Shown here piece by piece: positions 25,951 through 38,780 of a stretch of DNA of 64,000 bases (positions are counted from its first letter, which is position 1; the number at the start of each line of letters is the position of its first letter). The position numbers were made by a program, and so were the translations under genes. The DNA is taken from assembly GCA_050084515.1 (NCBI GenBank), contig CM114271.1:19654001-19718000 (forward strand). Reading direction: 5' to 3'. Source of the DNA: Blasia pusilla. Lineage: Eukaryota. Under the pieces are notes generated by a model. The model was given only the letters and a program-made list of their open reading frames with translations. It ran no database searches and was not told the origin of the DNA.

Positions 25951-27940
25951 TAATTACATTCTCCCCACCCTGGAGAAAGGTCCCCATAGTTAAAAGTTCC
26001 TAAAAAGAAAACTTTCAGCAAACAAAAATCCTTGAAATCGGATGGGGGATCTTATGACTCATCCGGGATAGAGGATGGGATTTGAGGAAACCCTCTTCGG
26101 GTTGATACCTTTCCTCCAAAGGCTCTTATGGTGTCGCCACATGTCACTTTGAGAAAGGAAATTGAATTAAAAAGAGATAATAAAAAAAATAAGCATCACC
26201 CTCGCACAGCACCAGCTAGATCATAGCACTCTCACTCAAAAAAAATCGGTTTTGTGAATCAGTGGTCACCCCAAAAATCCTTGGCGAGTACTGGGGATGG
26301 CTATGATAGTATTTTTTTCTCCTTGCCTCGTTAGTAGCCCTCTCCCGACCCATAGGGAGAACGGGAGTCCGAGACGTGGCCGCCCACTTTTTATTACATG
26401 TGGCTCTTGTCGAGTAAACGGGAGGCGCACTTTACACAATTGATGGCAGTCCAGACACTTGTGAGAAACCGATGTCGGAGATTCCTGGAAAGCCTGAGGA
26501 AAGCGGTGCAGATCTCTCCATCAATCGATCGGGGCCTTCCTCGGCTGGAAGAGGAAGGGAGCGGAGGGAAGCGTGATGGAGATTTAGCTGTGAGGGCTGG
26601 CGTCGCGGAATTTGGCGTGATGAAAACAGGGAAATGACAGCAGATTGAGGCACTGAATTCACGTGTTTGTCCGTTGTGTGTGCATGTATGTGTCTGTGAC
26701 TCTGAGTGTCTGTGTCCCACGAGCGCGGAAGAGAAGCTGGAGTTGGAGTCGGGTGATGAGCCGGTGTAGTTCGAGTGAGTGTACGGTATCTTCCTCTCCT
26801 GCCTCAGCTTTTCATAGGTCTTCCTTTTGCCACAATTGACCAACCAGCCCAGCCAATCAAGCAAGCAATCAATCTGTCTATCGCCTTTTGGCCCATGCGC
26901 AATCGCGCAACGTCAGCGGAATTGTGCGTTTCACGAAACCAGGCCTCTGCTCAGCTCTCCTCCGCTTACATTGCCCGCTTTTTAAAGCCGTAGTAGTGGT
27001 TCGAGTGAGTGTACGGCTTCTTCTTCCTGTCATTCAATTTTCTCGCTCCTATTGGGCCCAACAATCGACCTGCGTCTCTTCTCCACTTGCTCGTCTTCCT
27101 ACTTTGTCTGATGATACCACTACTTCCATGATGTCCTCTGACTGGACGGCTTGGCTTCTTTTAAAGTCGGAGTATCAACCGATATAGACAGAGCAAGTGT
27201 ACGGTCACTTCTTCCGCTGCTGCTGTGCTATTTCTTCTTGTGTTCTTCCCTCTTCCTTGCTCCTCCCAGCATTCCGGCCCTTGCGCAATTTTGCAGCACC
27301 AGAATTCTGCGTTGTGTTGATCCGTACTTCCTCCGCTCCCCGCCTTATTTCTTATCTACCCCTTTTCCAGATTGCGTCGCATCGCCTCGTCTTTGGTCAC
27401 ATTGTTTGTTGTTTGGCGAACTGCGTCGTCTTCTGGTCCGGGCGTCGGTGGAGGTGCATCATAGAGTTGTGCTTCTTACGAACCCCTCCCTCTCTCAGTA
27501 TAGTCCCATGGAGCTCTGGAGTCCCCGAGGACAATAAATTTATCCATTCGATCTCCTCTGCTTCTGCTCGTGATCCCCTGTGATCACATTGATTGTTGTT
27601 CTGCTGGCCGCTTTGTCTTCGCGACGGGCGCCAACAATTGTGATGCTTGTGAACCCCCCTCTCTCCTCCTTCTACTCCTGATCGCCCGTGATCAAATTAA
27701 TTGTTTTCTATGCTGGGCTGCTTGACCTATCACTACGTGCACCTGTCAAAGTGCCGCTTCCAATCCCTGTTTCGTCTGATGTGAACACCACTTCCTTCTG
27801 TATCTGGTTGTCTACTGAAAGCTGGTTGGCCTTGGGAATCGGTGGTCCTAAGCGTGTTGCAGTTGATTGTGTGGTTTGCTGGGTTGGGTTGTACTCTCAA
27901 CTTGCTTGAGGCGGTGTCGTGCGATCCTAAGCACCAGCCA

Positions 27941-30900
27941 ATGCAGCAAGTGTTGGGGAGTTACCAGCTGTTTCGTCCTGGGTCGGCTAATTTTCGATAC
28001 TCTGTGTCGCCTTCAGCTCCACAGATTCGGAAACTGGCAGTCATGCCGGGCGGCACCGCAACGAAAGCGCCGAGTTTGCTATTCCGTCAGCTCTTCGAGA
28101 AAGAATCGTGCACCTACACTTACCTCCTGGCCGATATGAGTGATGCAGAGAAGCCCGCAGTGGTGAGTCTAAAAGATATTCTCTCCATTCTCCAAACTTC
28201 AAAGAAGAGAACTGCCACTCTTTAGGGAGCAAAGAGAGCCTATCTGTGAGCGATGTTACAGAGACCAGAGGCTCTTGGTCGAGGATTTCACGCATCCAGA
28301 CAGCTGCCATTTCACACATAGTTATGACTGAATCATCCATTAGCTCACCCGATGATAATCTCGAAGATCTCTTACGTGCCGTGGTGCTTCTTTTCAATAT
28401 CCGTCGGTGTCGATGATTGAATCGGAAACGTAGACTGGATGTACCAGATGCATTATATGGAGCACTGGGTGGAACCAGCTGTGAAAGTCTCGCAAGAAGA
28501 TATCAAGCCTTTTTGACTCGCGTTGTAATTGTTAATGACAACTCTGATTTCAGGGTTCTGTTCAAGCAGTAACTGTTTTCTTTCAGACTTGCTTGGGCTA
28601 ATCCCACAGGTTAATCTGTCTAGGTAGTTCGCAATCCTAGCCTTGAAGCCGAATGCTGTGGAGTAAATAAATGAGATGCTCGTGTCGTTGCTAGAACACT
28701 TTTAACGCAAGACTTTGCTCAGAGGGGCATGGCAATCGAGGCGATCTTCAGACCATGGAACATGTGGCATGAGAGGTTAGGACCGTGAAATTAGGACCTT
28801 CTCTCCATGCATCAGGCTCCCTCGAAACGCCTGAATCCTACCACATTCTCTCAATTGCACTCATAGTCCTTGAAGTGAAGCCTGATGTACATGACTTTAA
28901 AACCTGAGACAATTGGTGGTTACTTGTGGGGTGAATTTAGGAGTATATTTGAAAGAGAAGTGGGAAATGTAAGGTCGACAGTTCATGTCTCATGAATGGT
29001 TTTTGTGGTCCATGTGCAGCTCGTTGATCCTGTGGATCGTACTGTGGATAGGGATTCAAATCTTGTGAGAGAATTGGGCCTGAAGTTGATCTACGCTGTA
29101 AATACCCATGTGCATGCAGATCATGTCACAGGAACAGGTCTTTTGAAGGTATGCTTCTTGTAACTGGGAAGTCTTAGTAGTTAGAGGGAAGTCTTAGTAG
29201 TTAGACTGGTCATATGCAGACCTTCGTCTCATAAAACTTAGCAGAAGGATTGGTTGGCATGGAGTGGTAAAGCTGTTTGCTTTCATTCTCATGATCCCAG
29301 TGACATTCATGGTATTTTTTTCAAGAAGGCCATGCGGCTTGTGAAGTTCAGATGCATCATATTTGTTGGTCAGTTATTTCGAAATTATGTGCTCTGCAGA
29401 GTAAAATACCTGGAGTCAAATCTTTGATATCCAAAGCGAGTGGTGCAAAAGCTGATGAGTATGTGTCTCATGGAGACAAGATTCAGTTTGGTAGCTTATA
29501 TCTGGAGGTGGGTATGAACACGGTCTGTTGTGCCGGATGCTAATCTTGAATTTCTGCAAGATTTATTTTGGAGAGTGTAAGTTTGCATCATGTCAGACAG
29601 CACTTCACTGAAAAGAATTGAATGCCAGAGTAATGATTTGGGCTTGAAAGTTGTGTGAGAAAAAGGAGATGGTTGAGGTATGGCACTGATGCATCACAAG
29701 TGGTTATGACACCTGGGTGTGCAGGTCAGAGCGACTCCGGGTCACACTGAAGGATGTGTAACATACGTGACAGGAGAAGGGCCTGGTCAGGTCTCCCCAC
29801 GATTGGCATTTACTGGTGATGCTCTTCTGATTCGTGGATGTGGACGAACAGACTTTCAAGTAAGCTTGCAATATTTTAGAAAACGGCGTCAGGTCCGTTA
29901 CCTTGTCTGATTCCAAGCGGTCACTAACCCGTCACTCACTAATTGTCTATCCATAACAGCAGTCAAAAACCATAACAATGGTCATGGAAATAGTTCGGGA
30001 ATACTTCTTGCTTTCAGTATTTTGTGGTTATCCAAAGGATGTCCTTCCATTGTCGGGTCTTATCATCAGTGTCTGGAGGGATTGCAAATCTCACTTTAGC
30101 TTTTTCCTTTGGTGGTACCAATGAAGAATCCCAATCTGAGTGCCAAGTGCAGGAAATGTTTTTGTGTTAAGCTCTGAATCTAATTTCGGTATTTTGATGG
30201 ATCATCAATTTTGTCAGGGAGGAGATACAGCAGAGCTTTACAAGTCTGTGCATACACAGGTAGTCCTTTGTGTTTGAAAATTTCAGCCACTTTGTGTTTT
30301 ATACCTCCAAATTTCATTCAGGACAGGAAGCGTACATGATCTTAGGTTTCGAAGCTCCCATGGTTCCAGGGCGTGGAGAGGAGAGTGAAACTGATGGTTG
30401 GGGCCTAAAACTCTGTTTTTCCTGTAATAATTCCTGCTTCTCATACTATGTCTACTTCTCTGTAATAATTGAATCCAATTTCTTTCTTGCACTTGTGACG
30501 ATCAGTAGACTTCTCTACTGCTAGATTTTGCTTAATGCAGCTGCATGACCTGTCCTGCATTAGAAGGTGTAGGGGTGTAATAGGGAATGGACTTTAGTGT
30601 GCTTGCATGTCCTTAAGTGTCAACAAGCTTACTAATCATTCATTTATCTTGTGTTGGGCCATCAGATATTCTCTTTGCCATCAGAAACGTTTTTGTACCC
30701 TGCGCACGATTACAAAGGTCAAACGGTAAGTTATCTTCTAGTCTTATACTTGATATTTCTCATGCATGAAATTCTTCTGAAATAGTAATCTTCCCTTCCT
30801 CCCATGTCAGTGAAATTTGGTTCCAACAAATGCACCCATGACCGGGGGACTAGAGGGCCTGATAAGCATTTGTAGTTTGAGTAAGCTGCATTGTTAGTTA

Positions 30901-31442
30901 AGTACTTGAGATACAGAGTTTCTGATCAATTTGCAGGTAACTACTGTTGGTGAGGAATTGGTGTTCAACCCACGGCTTACCAAAGACTTGGTAGGTAGAC
31001 TCTACCCATTGAGATGAATAGATTGATTCCTTCATATCCTATTTAGCTTGGAATAGACCATCAATTTTCAGAAAGGAGTATGGTTGGTGTTGTAACCTGA
31101 ATAAACGAGTGGCTTCTTTTTGTGGACCTTCAAATTGGGCTTCAATGACACTAACAGAAAAGTTCTGTTTTGGTACAGGAGGATTTCAAGACCATCATGG
31201 CGAGTAAGTGTCTCCTCTGTGAGCTCCATCTTTGTGGTAGACTTGTCAATAAATTTCCAAGTGGTTCTTTGAATAAATTGTGTTGGTTGTCTTCTACCAA
31301 ATGTCGTAAAGTTGAGACTGCTGTGCTGCTTGTGTGGGTAGATCTGAACCTGGCATACCCGAAGATGATAGATGTTGCCGTTCCAGCAAACATGAAGTGT
31401 GGGTTCCAAGATGAGGAGGTGACAGGGAATACTTCGCTGTGA
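27941..31442 (+). CDS. ETHE1: Persulfide dioxygenase ETHE1 / glyoxalase II-3 (metallo-beta-lactamase fold). Exons 27941-28162, 29020-29148, 29400-29507, 29725-29859, 30218-30259, 30666-30725, 30937-30990, 31179-31203, 31342-31442
   Basis: Spliced reading is open with all introns [96 protein letters not shown]. The start codon is uncertain (27941 or 28043). Confidence 0.95.
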
Positions 31443-32350
31443 AGCCTAGCTCTGGTGAATTCCAATCTAATGTTAAGCATTTGAATGAATATCAGATCTA
31501 TCTTGTCTGTGGCTTCATAGCACTCGGTAATTCATTACTGTAAACCTTTCAACACATCGTCCTCATATATCAACTAGTGTGACCACTCGAAATTAATGCA
31601 ATGTGGAAATGCACAAGGGCCTACTCAAACACCTGAAGTAAAATGAAAGTGTGGTGGTACCATAGAAGTCAAGTGTGGAGATTTGTGCCCTGATATGCAA
31701 CCACACAGATCAGGAATTAGAAGTGGAGGCATCTCACACTAAAGCAGCACTTCGGCCGGCCTGGGTGAGTAAGGCACTTAAAAGCATATGCCCATGATAC
31801 ATGACAACCCTAAAACTTAGAAATTCCTCCACATTTGAAACAAACTTTGGGTTGATTTGTGGATATGGAGATGCCCCTTAAAGATGGCTATTTCCAAAAC
31901 TCAAGTTTTCACTTGCTTTTCAAACCAAAGATCTGTTTCTTAGAGTGGGAGCGAAGATGATAGTAGAGTTTGCAAAATTAGCTTGTAGCATGATTTGAAT
32001 AGGTTTCCTCTTTCTGAGAATTTGAAGAAGTAAAGATGTTTGTATACTCACTAAACATTCAAACAAAGTCACCGGAATATGATGATTTAAATGCAGGATG
32101 TCTACAAATGTCATTCGACTGGTAATGGCCTTTCTTTAATTTAGTATCAAAGCTCTCTAAATTAATCTTCATTTGAATAATATTTTCCATTCATTTCGGA
32201 TCTTCTAAAGAACCTTGCATTAAGATCGGAGATTGGGGAAATATCTTTTGGGATAAAGAGTGTTTAGCCTTGTCTCACAAGTGATGGCCCTATCGATAGA
32301 AAAAGGATGCGACGCACACAGCATAAAAGTTGACATTAGGTTCATAGAGT

Positions 32351-32755
32351 TGTCACGCTTTTAAGGATAGATCGATGAGTTTATAGTAGATTTCTTTTGA
32401 GGATACTGAAGGATAGTCTCAAGAGATCGAGGATGACCTAATGAGGCCATAGGTGATCCGAGAGAGCAGGTCTCCCCTTCGCTTTGGCTGATTTGGACCT
32501 ATATAAAGACACTCACTATTTTGGGTCAATTATCGTTACGAGTAGAGTCAACTTATCACTTTGGGGAGCGGCCCTTGACTTTTTACAATAGGTCAAGAGC
32601 CAAGGAGGTGACATGCAAGCATAGTTACCACAGAGAGAGCTTGGGAGAGAAAAGGGGGTATATCCGAGGACAGAGTTTTGGAACTCATTCTCTCTTTGTT
32701 GAACTTCTTGGCATGATGCGGCGGAGCCATGGTCCTCCTTGCCTTGTGAGTAACC
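32351..32755 (+). mobile_element. Truncated, diverged A repeat of the DNMT-Gypsy family
   Basis: Starts TGTCA; shares ggtcaagagccaaggaggtgac and ctcattctctctttgttgaac with the other A copies. Confidence 0.8.
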
Positions 32756-33285
32756 ATGGTTGCACACGGACAAAGTTCGTGTCCACTGACATATCCATGC
32801 TCGGGGACTTGTGCGGGCTCAAGTATTCGCGATTTGCACCTGATCCCGCCCGGAGCCTTTTGCGTAGATCCGGGGCTAACAGAGCCCGCATCCGTTGCGT
32901 GGTCCGTAATCAAGCCCATAAGGAGGGCTTCCTCCCCATTGGGCAAGCTCAAGCCCGTGCAGGGCTTGCATGGCTAGTTTGGGGTGGGCTGGGAGCCAAC
33001 ATAGGGCCAGCACATCCAGTTAGGGGCCCGAGCAGGGCCCCTGTGGCAAGCTCGTGGTAAGCGGGGAGCCCGTCCCCAGCCCGCCAGGTGGGCCCTATGC
33101 AAGGTCCTAGCCCGCCATGCAAGCATGAGCTCGCCCAATGGCGAAAAAGCCCGCCCTACGGGCCCGGTTGTAGGCCACGCAACGGGTGCGGGCTCGTCAG
33201 CCCGAGTCTATGCAGTGGGCTCTGGGTGGGCTCAGATGCGAGCAACAAACATATATGTCGACATATCTGTTTCCGTGCAACCTCG
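32755..33285. mobile_element. GC-rich MITE-like element with imperfect terminal inverted repeats
   Basis: Begins catGGTTGCACacgga and ends tttccGTGCAACCtcg; interior rich in GGGCC/GGCCC/AGCCC motifs; no TSD confirmed. Confidence 0.5.
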
Positions 33286-33287
33286 TG

Positions 33288-34140
33288 TGTCGTGCGCCTA
33301 CTCTCCTAATATGTAAATCTTTAGTGTTACGGAAGCGTGCGTTCAATAAGACACACTCTCATTGTTGATCGACATCCAAACACGCATTCACGTTAGTCGG
33401 GTGTGCGTCAATGAGCGTTCCATCTCACCTATCTCTCGACTCGGCCTCTCGTCAAGCTCAACCTTCCTTGTTTCTCACTTTATCACACGGCCAAATCTCT
33501 CAAGACTTGAGACATAATTTCTAGTCGCTCCTAGAACCTCAAACGGGTTTGCACGCCTCGCGGTCCCAATTGTCCAATGGACTTCCACTTAGTCCCTAAT
33601 CGAGACTGACTTAAAATGAGTCACAAGTTGGAATCCAAGTGTGGCTTTTGAAATCCACTCCCTTTGATCAGTTTTGGGTTTTAAATCTCAATACCAAACC
33701 CTCGTTCTATTCGGTGCCCTTGAGCTGCCGTATGGCGTCCCAAGGTGGGGTTTGGGTCCCAAGAATCCTTGGAGACACTCCCCCTTACTAGTTCTTCTGG
33801 GGAACTCCTCCCTCCCTCTAACTTTGGGGAAAAGACAATCGTTCTTCTCATTTTGGCCCTCAATCTAACTCCCTATATAGTCATTTTTGGCCAATATCTC
33901 AGCCTCTGTTGGTGTATTTCCTAAGTTTTTTGTGAGTTCAAACCGGATTTGCATAAGCTTTCTAACGCCATCTTATTTATCCCAAATCCATCTTTGTACT
34001 TAACGTTATGGTTCAAAATACAATCAAAACTCCAAACGCTAATCGTGTTCTAGATCTGATTCTTTGGCAACCAACCTTCCTAGACTCTATTCATCTCAAG
34101 TCTTGGTTCACATTTGATCCAGGTCTCCTAATCATGACCA
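33288..34140 (-). mobile_element. LTR of the same chromovirus-type family as 22530-23139, reverse orientation
   Basis: 33288-33899 is the reverse-complement homologue of 22530-23139; extension to 34140 is inferred. Confidence 0.8.
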
Positions 34141-34141
34141 T

Positions 34142-35908
34142 TGTTGTGCGAATATACATCGCTATTATCGAACACATACTATCCCATGCTAACTCATGGC
34201 ATCCTTACACAGAGGCAAGAAATACCAAAATATCTCCAATAAAGTAAGATCCAATCTCTCTCTACACCATCTTACACCATAGATCTCAAAGGTGTGCACT
34301 CTCTCTCATGTCAAACCAAACCCACTCTCCTAATGAGAGGCTTGGGTTACACTCAGAAGGCAAGGGACCATAGCTCCGCCGCCTTATGCCAAGAGGTTCA
34401 ATAAAGAGAGAATGAGCTCTCAAGCTCTGTCTCTTGGAGGTATACCCCCTTCCCTCTCCCAAGCCCTCTCAACGGTAAACTATGCTTGCAGGTCATCTCC
34501 TTGGCTCTTGATCTGGTGTAGCGGATCAAGAGTCAATTCCCAAAGTGGAAAGTCAACTATCCCTAATATGGAAACTTACCCGAAATAGTAAGTTTCTCTA
34601 TACGGCTCCAAATGAGCCGAAACGAAGGGAAAATCTGTTCTCTCAGGTTTCCCGCGGCCTCAACAGATCATCCTCGACCTCTTGGGCATGTCCTCCACTA
34701 CTCGTGCAGACGCTCTGCTAGATCCCACCGATCTATCTTAACAGTCGTGACAATTTTCGTGCGCATACACATCGCTACACAACATACATTGTTGTCATCG
34801 AAGACACACACAAACACAAACGATCCCATGCTAACTCATTGCATCCATACACAGAGGCGAGAAGTACCAAAATATCTCCAATCGCCCTCCTAGCTGGTGG
34901 TTAGGTCCCTCTAACTCCAAATAGCCCTCTATCCCTACCTACCACGATATACATCTCTAGGACGCTAAGAGCAGAAAGGCCGGGTGCTCATGTGGCCCCA
35001 TCGTTAGTCGCCTTCCTATCATCCACGTCACAGAAAAAGTTGGAATCAAAACCTACCTAGTATCTCCTCTATGTACATCTGGGACACATCCATCGTCCCC
35101 AAGGAACCCTAGTGAGAGGTGGCGTCAGACATGCCATATGCCAACCTCTCGAACATCCATCACAGACTAGCATCGTGGCCGCACCAGGAGCAGAACCACA
35201 CAACATACAATGCAAACCTGTAGGAACTACTGCTAAGCTTGGATCTACTGCACCATCAATATTAGGAAGGTGACATGGCGCACAATTACGCACATGGTCC
35301 TTCGATACCATACCATTGCGTCCCTCCAGCAAGAGAACACCGGATGGCAAAACATCACGCACTCTCAAGATAGTGCGCCCTGTAGTCACATCCAACATCT
35401 TCGGTGTCGTCTGCTGCAAGTAGACATAATCTCCTTGATGAAACTTCCGGGTAGTTGGTCGATAACCACCACCCCGAATAGTTGCATACCTCAACGTATC
35501 CCGATGCTGCGCAATCGCCAAGTTCTCGAACGACATGGGCATCACTCTCCAAAACAACTCAGCCCTCTGAGAACATGCTCACATCCATACATCTGGGTCA
35601 TCAAGATCCAGCACCTGACTAGCATCTTGACAAATGGCTGCAGCTAAATTTGGCTCACGGCCATGAAGTAGCAAGTACGGTGAAAAAGACGCTAAGGATT
35701 CCTGCCCGCTGAATCTATATCCCATCGCCAACCACGGCAATTGGAGGTCCCAATCTCCTAGGTGACCTCTCTGCAAGCCATACTTGCGTAAACCCCTCTT
35801 CACCGTCTGCACAACTCTCTCCGCTAATCCATCTGCCTCGGGATGATCTTGCAAAGTCGTGCGGTGGTCGATCAACGCCTGATCACACAAGACTTGGAAC
35901 TCACCGCG
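34142..35908 (-). mobile_element. 3' part of a DNMT-Gypsy family copy: INT-PHD, 3' UTR, B1 (34755-34882), A2 (34241-34752), B2 (34142-34240)
   Basis: Integrase HPEADGLAERVVQTVK; intact PHD CMLC...CDGC...H..C...WMCPRC (35069-35210); repeat boundaries read directly. Confidence 0.9.
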
Positions 35909-35909
35909 A

Positions 35910-36835
35910 ATGTATGTGGTTTAGGAGACATAGACCTGTGTGGGATGTCGGGAGTTGAGGGTAGGTTGTTGATGAGATGATAGCCTGGTCGATTTTCCGC
36001 ACCACGCCGCGTGTTGCCGCACGTTACACGTCTGGGGGAGGGAGAGTGTAGATCGAGTGTCGCATGTTTGGGATGAGAGATTGAGGGATTACTCACGAGA
36101 TTGAGAGTGATTGTGTGAGAGGGGCACGAGGGCCATCACGGCGTCCTTTTGGGATTTTGAGAGGCGAGGTGGTGAACCCGAGAGTAGCTGTGGAGGGTTT
36201 ACCCGAAGTGGTGCAAGGTTTCGAGGGTCTCAACGTGAGGGACCACCTCAACCTCCTTGTGTGTCATCGTCACACAAGAGGGAGGGTGTAGAGGAGTTTG
36301 TGAGCACATCGCCACACATTGTGAGTGGTCCTACCAGTTGGGCGTACAAGATGGACGACCAGGGTAGAGGACCGCATAGGTTTTCAGGTGCAGTAGGCAC
36401 GATTCAATTTCACGATTTCATGGCAGAGTTTAGGAGTAGGTGCAACTCCTAGCGGGCCAGAAACTCTAGAGAGTTCAACCGTTTACATCATGGAATGGTA
36501 TGTTTTAGCATTTAGAGAGGGCGCCCATGGACGATTTCCATGAGTTCTCCCACAGATATGCCCAGGAGATTGAGGCATGGCGACTCTACTATGACCCACA
36601 CTATGTGTCATGGACGGAGCCGTTCCCAGATGAGGAGGAGGAGTCAAGAGAGGCTACTTCCTCTTCCACTAGTGATGTTTTAGGAGGGGTCACTCACACT
36701 GGAGTTGTTGCACCATCTAGTCGAGTTCGTCCCAGGTTCAACGCCGTGGTTGAGTTCTTCGCTGAGTTGAGGGCCAACTACCAAGGGATACGCACGGAGA
36801 AGTTGCGGAGCATCCACGACTTCCAGAGCCGAACC
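35910..36835 (+). mobile_element. Inverted 5' UTR/gag fragment of the same family
   Basis: GPTSWAYKMDDQGRGPHRFSG and MDDFHEFSHRYAQEIEAWRLYYDP match the gag at 20534-21163. Confidence 0.85.
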
Positions 36836-37031
36836 TAAGCTTCTCCGATTGCAGGGTTTTGGAGTTAGGGTCCATTTTTGGATCCCATCCAAAGATGTCC
36901 ATCTTACATTCACATATTTTCTCTAGCTACGATGACCGTAAATTGAGTTATTCAAATTATTCACAAAAATCCCTTTGGTATAGATTTTTATGGATATGTT
37001 GAAAGATCTACTATATCATACAGATCTACTA

Positions 37032-37183
37032 TATCATGCGCATATATATCGTTGTCACTGAATACACACACAAAGTTAACACAAAAGATACCATACTAAC
37101 TCACGGCATCTAAACATCTTGTACCAAAATATCTCCAATAAATCATGATCTCTCAAATACCTCTCTTAATGTGCATACAACTA

Positions 37184-37276
<93 letters not shown>

Positions 37277-38510
37277 ATGAGAGTATTGGGTTACTCGTAA
37301 CGTAAGGAGGACCATAGCTCTCCCGCCTCATGCCAGGAAGTTCAAAAAAGAGATAATGAGTTCAAAAAGTGCTCCCTCCTTGGTTATACCCCCTATCCTC
37401 TCCCAAGCACTCTCCATGGTAACCTATGCTTGCATGTCACCCTCGACCTCCTCGATTAGGTTTTCCTCCAATATCCTCAAAGACGATCTACTATAAACTC
37501 GTCTATCTATCCTAAAAGACATGACATCTGTCGTGCGCATACACATCGTAGTCAACGAATATGCATACAGACACACAAGATACCATACTAACTCATGACA
37601 TCTAAACATCAAGACGATAAAGTACCAAAAAATCTCCAATCTCACCCTAGCTGGTGGTTAGATCCCTCTAACTCCATATAGTCTTCTATCCCTACCTAAC
37701 TCGACACACATCTCTAGGATGTGACTAAAGGACGCACCATCTTGAGAGTGCAAGATGTCTTTTCATCTGGTATTCTCCTATTGGAGGGACGCGATGGTAT
37801 GGTTTGGAAGAACTATTTGAGTAAATGTGCGTCATGTCATCTCCGTAATATTGATGGTATAGTTGACTTGAGCTTAGTAGTAGTTCTTGCATGCTTACAT
37901 TTCATGTCGTGTGATTTTTCCCGTGATGCAAATGTGATGGATGTTTGAGAGGATGGTACATGGCATGTTTGACGCTACCTCTCATTTCCCTAGATAAACA
38001 TATAGTAGATACTAAGTAGTTCTAGATCTCGGTGTATGTTTCTGACATGGATGACAAGAAAGAGACTAACGATGGAGCCACATGAGTACCAAACCTTTTT
38101 TCTTGTCTGCTACAAGTAGACCTTGTCTTCCTGATGAAACCTTTGAATTCTCGATCAATAACCATCTCCCCAAATAGTCGAATAACCACCTCCTTGAATA
38201 AGTTCTCAAACACCATGAGCATAACCCTCTAGAACACCTCAGCTCTCTAAGAACATGCATATGCTCATATCCATACACCATGATCATTGAGATTCAACAT
38301 CTCACTCGCATTGTGATGAATGATTATAGGTAAATCATGCTCTCAACCATAAAGCAACAAATATGATGAGAAAGATAACAAAGATGCATGCCTACTATAG
38401 CTAGCATCTGTATCCCATCGCCAACCATGGCAAGTGTAGGTCCCAATATCCTATGTGACCTCTTCGTAAGCCATACTTACGTAAACCTCTCTTCACCGTC
38501 TGCACAACTC
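37032..38510. mobile_element. Rearranged 3' end of another copy: B2 37032-37139, A2 37140-37526 (with a CT tract), B1 37529-37640 on minus; inverted PHD/3' UTR piece 37721-38090; integrase piece to 38510
   Basis: Homology to 34142-35908; the B1/A2 junction reads gcgcacGACA-ga-TGTCA on the minus strand. Confidence 0.82.
37186..37273. repeat. (CT)n microsatellite expanded inside the A repeat
   Basis: Read directly. Confidence 0.95.
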
Positions 38511-38780
38511 TATCATGTCTTTTAAGATGGATCAATGAGTTTATAGTAGAGTGCCTTTGAGAGTTTTAGAGGAAAACCTCAAGAGGTCAAGGATGATGTA
38601 TATGCTAAGGCCATGGGAAATCTAAGAGAGCATGTTTTCCCTTCGTTTCGACTCATTTGGAGCTATATAGAGAAAAATACTATTTTGGTAAGCTAACGTT
38701 ATGAGTAGCGCTTTGGGAAGTGGTCCTTGATCCCTTACAATAGATCAAGAGCCAAGGAGGTGACCTATGAACATAGGCTA
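38511..38780 (+). mobile_element. 5' part of an A repeat interrupted by a Copia LTR
   Basis: tatcatgtcttttaagatggatc...gatcaagagccaaggaggtgac matches the A repeat up to 38780. Confidence 0.75.

Noticed and set aside
26394-27909. Several 70-156 aa ORFs upstream of ETHE1
   Set aside because: They overlap in several frames, show no recognisable motifs, and fit a GC-richer promoter/5' UTR region.
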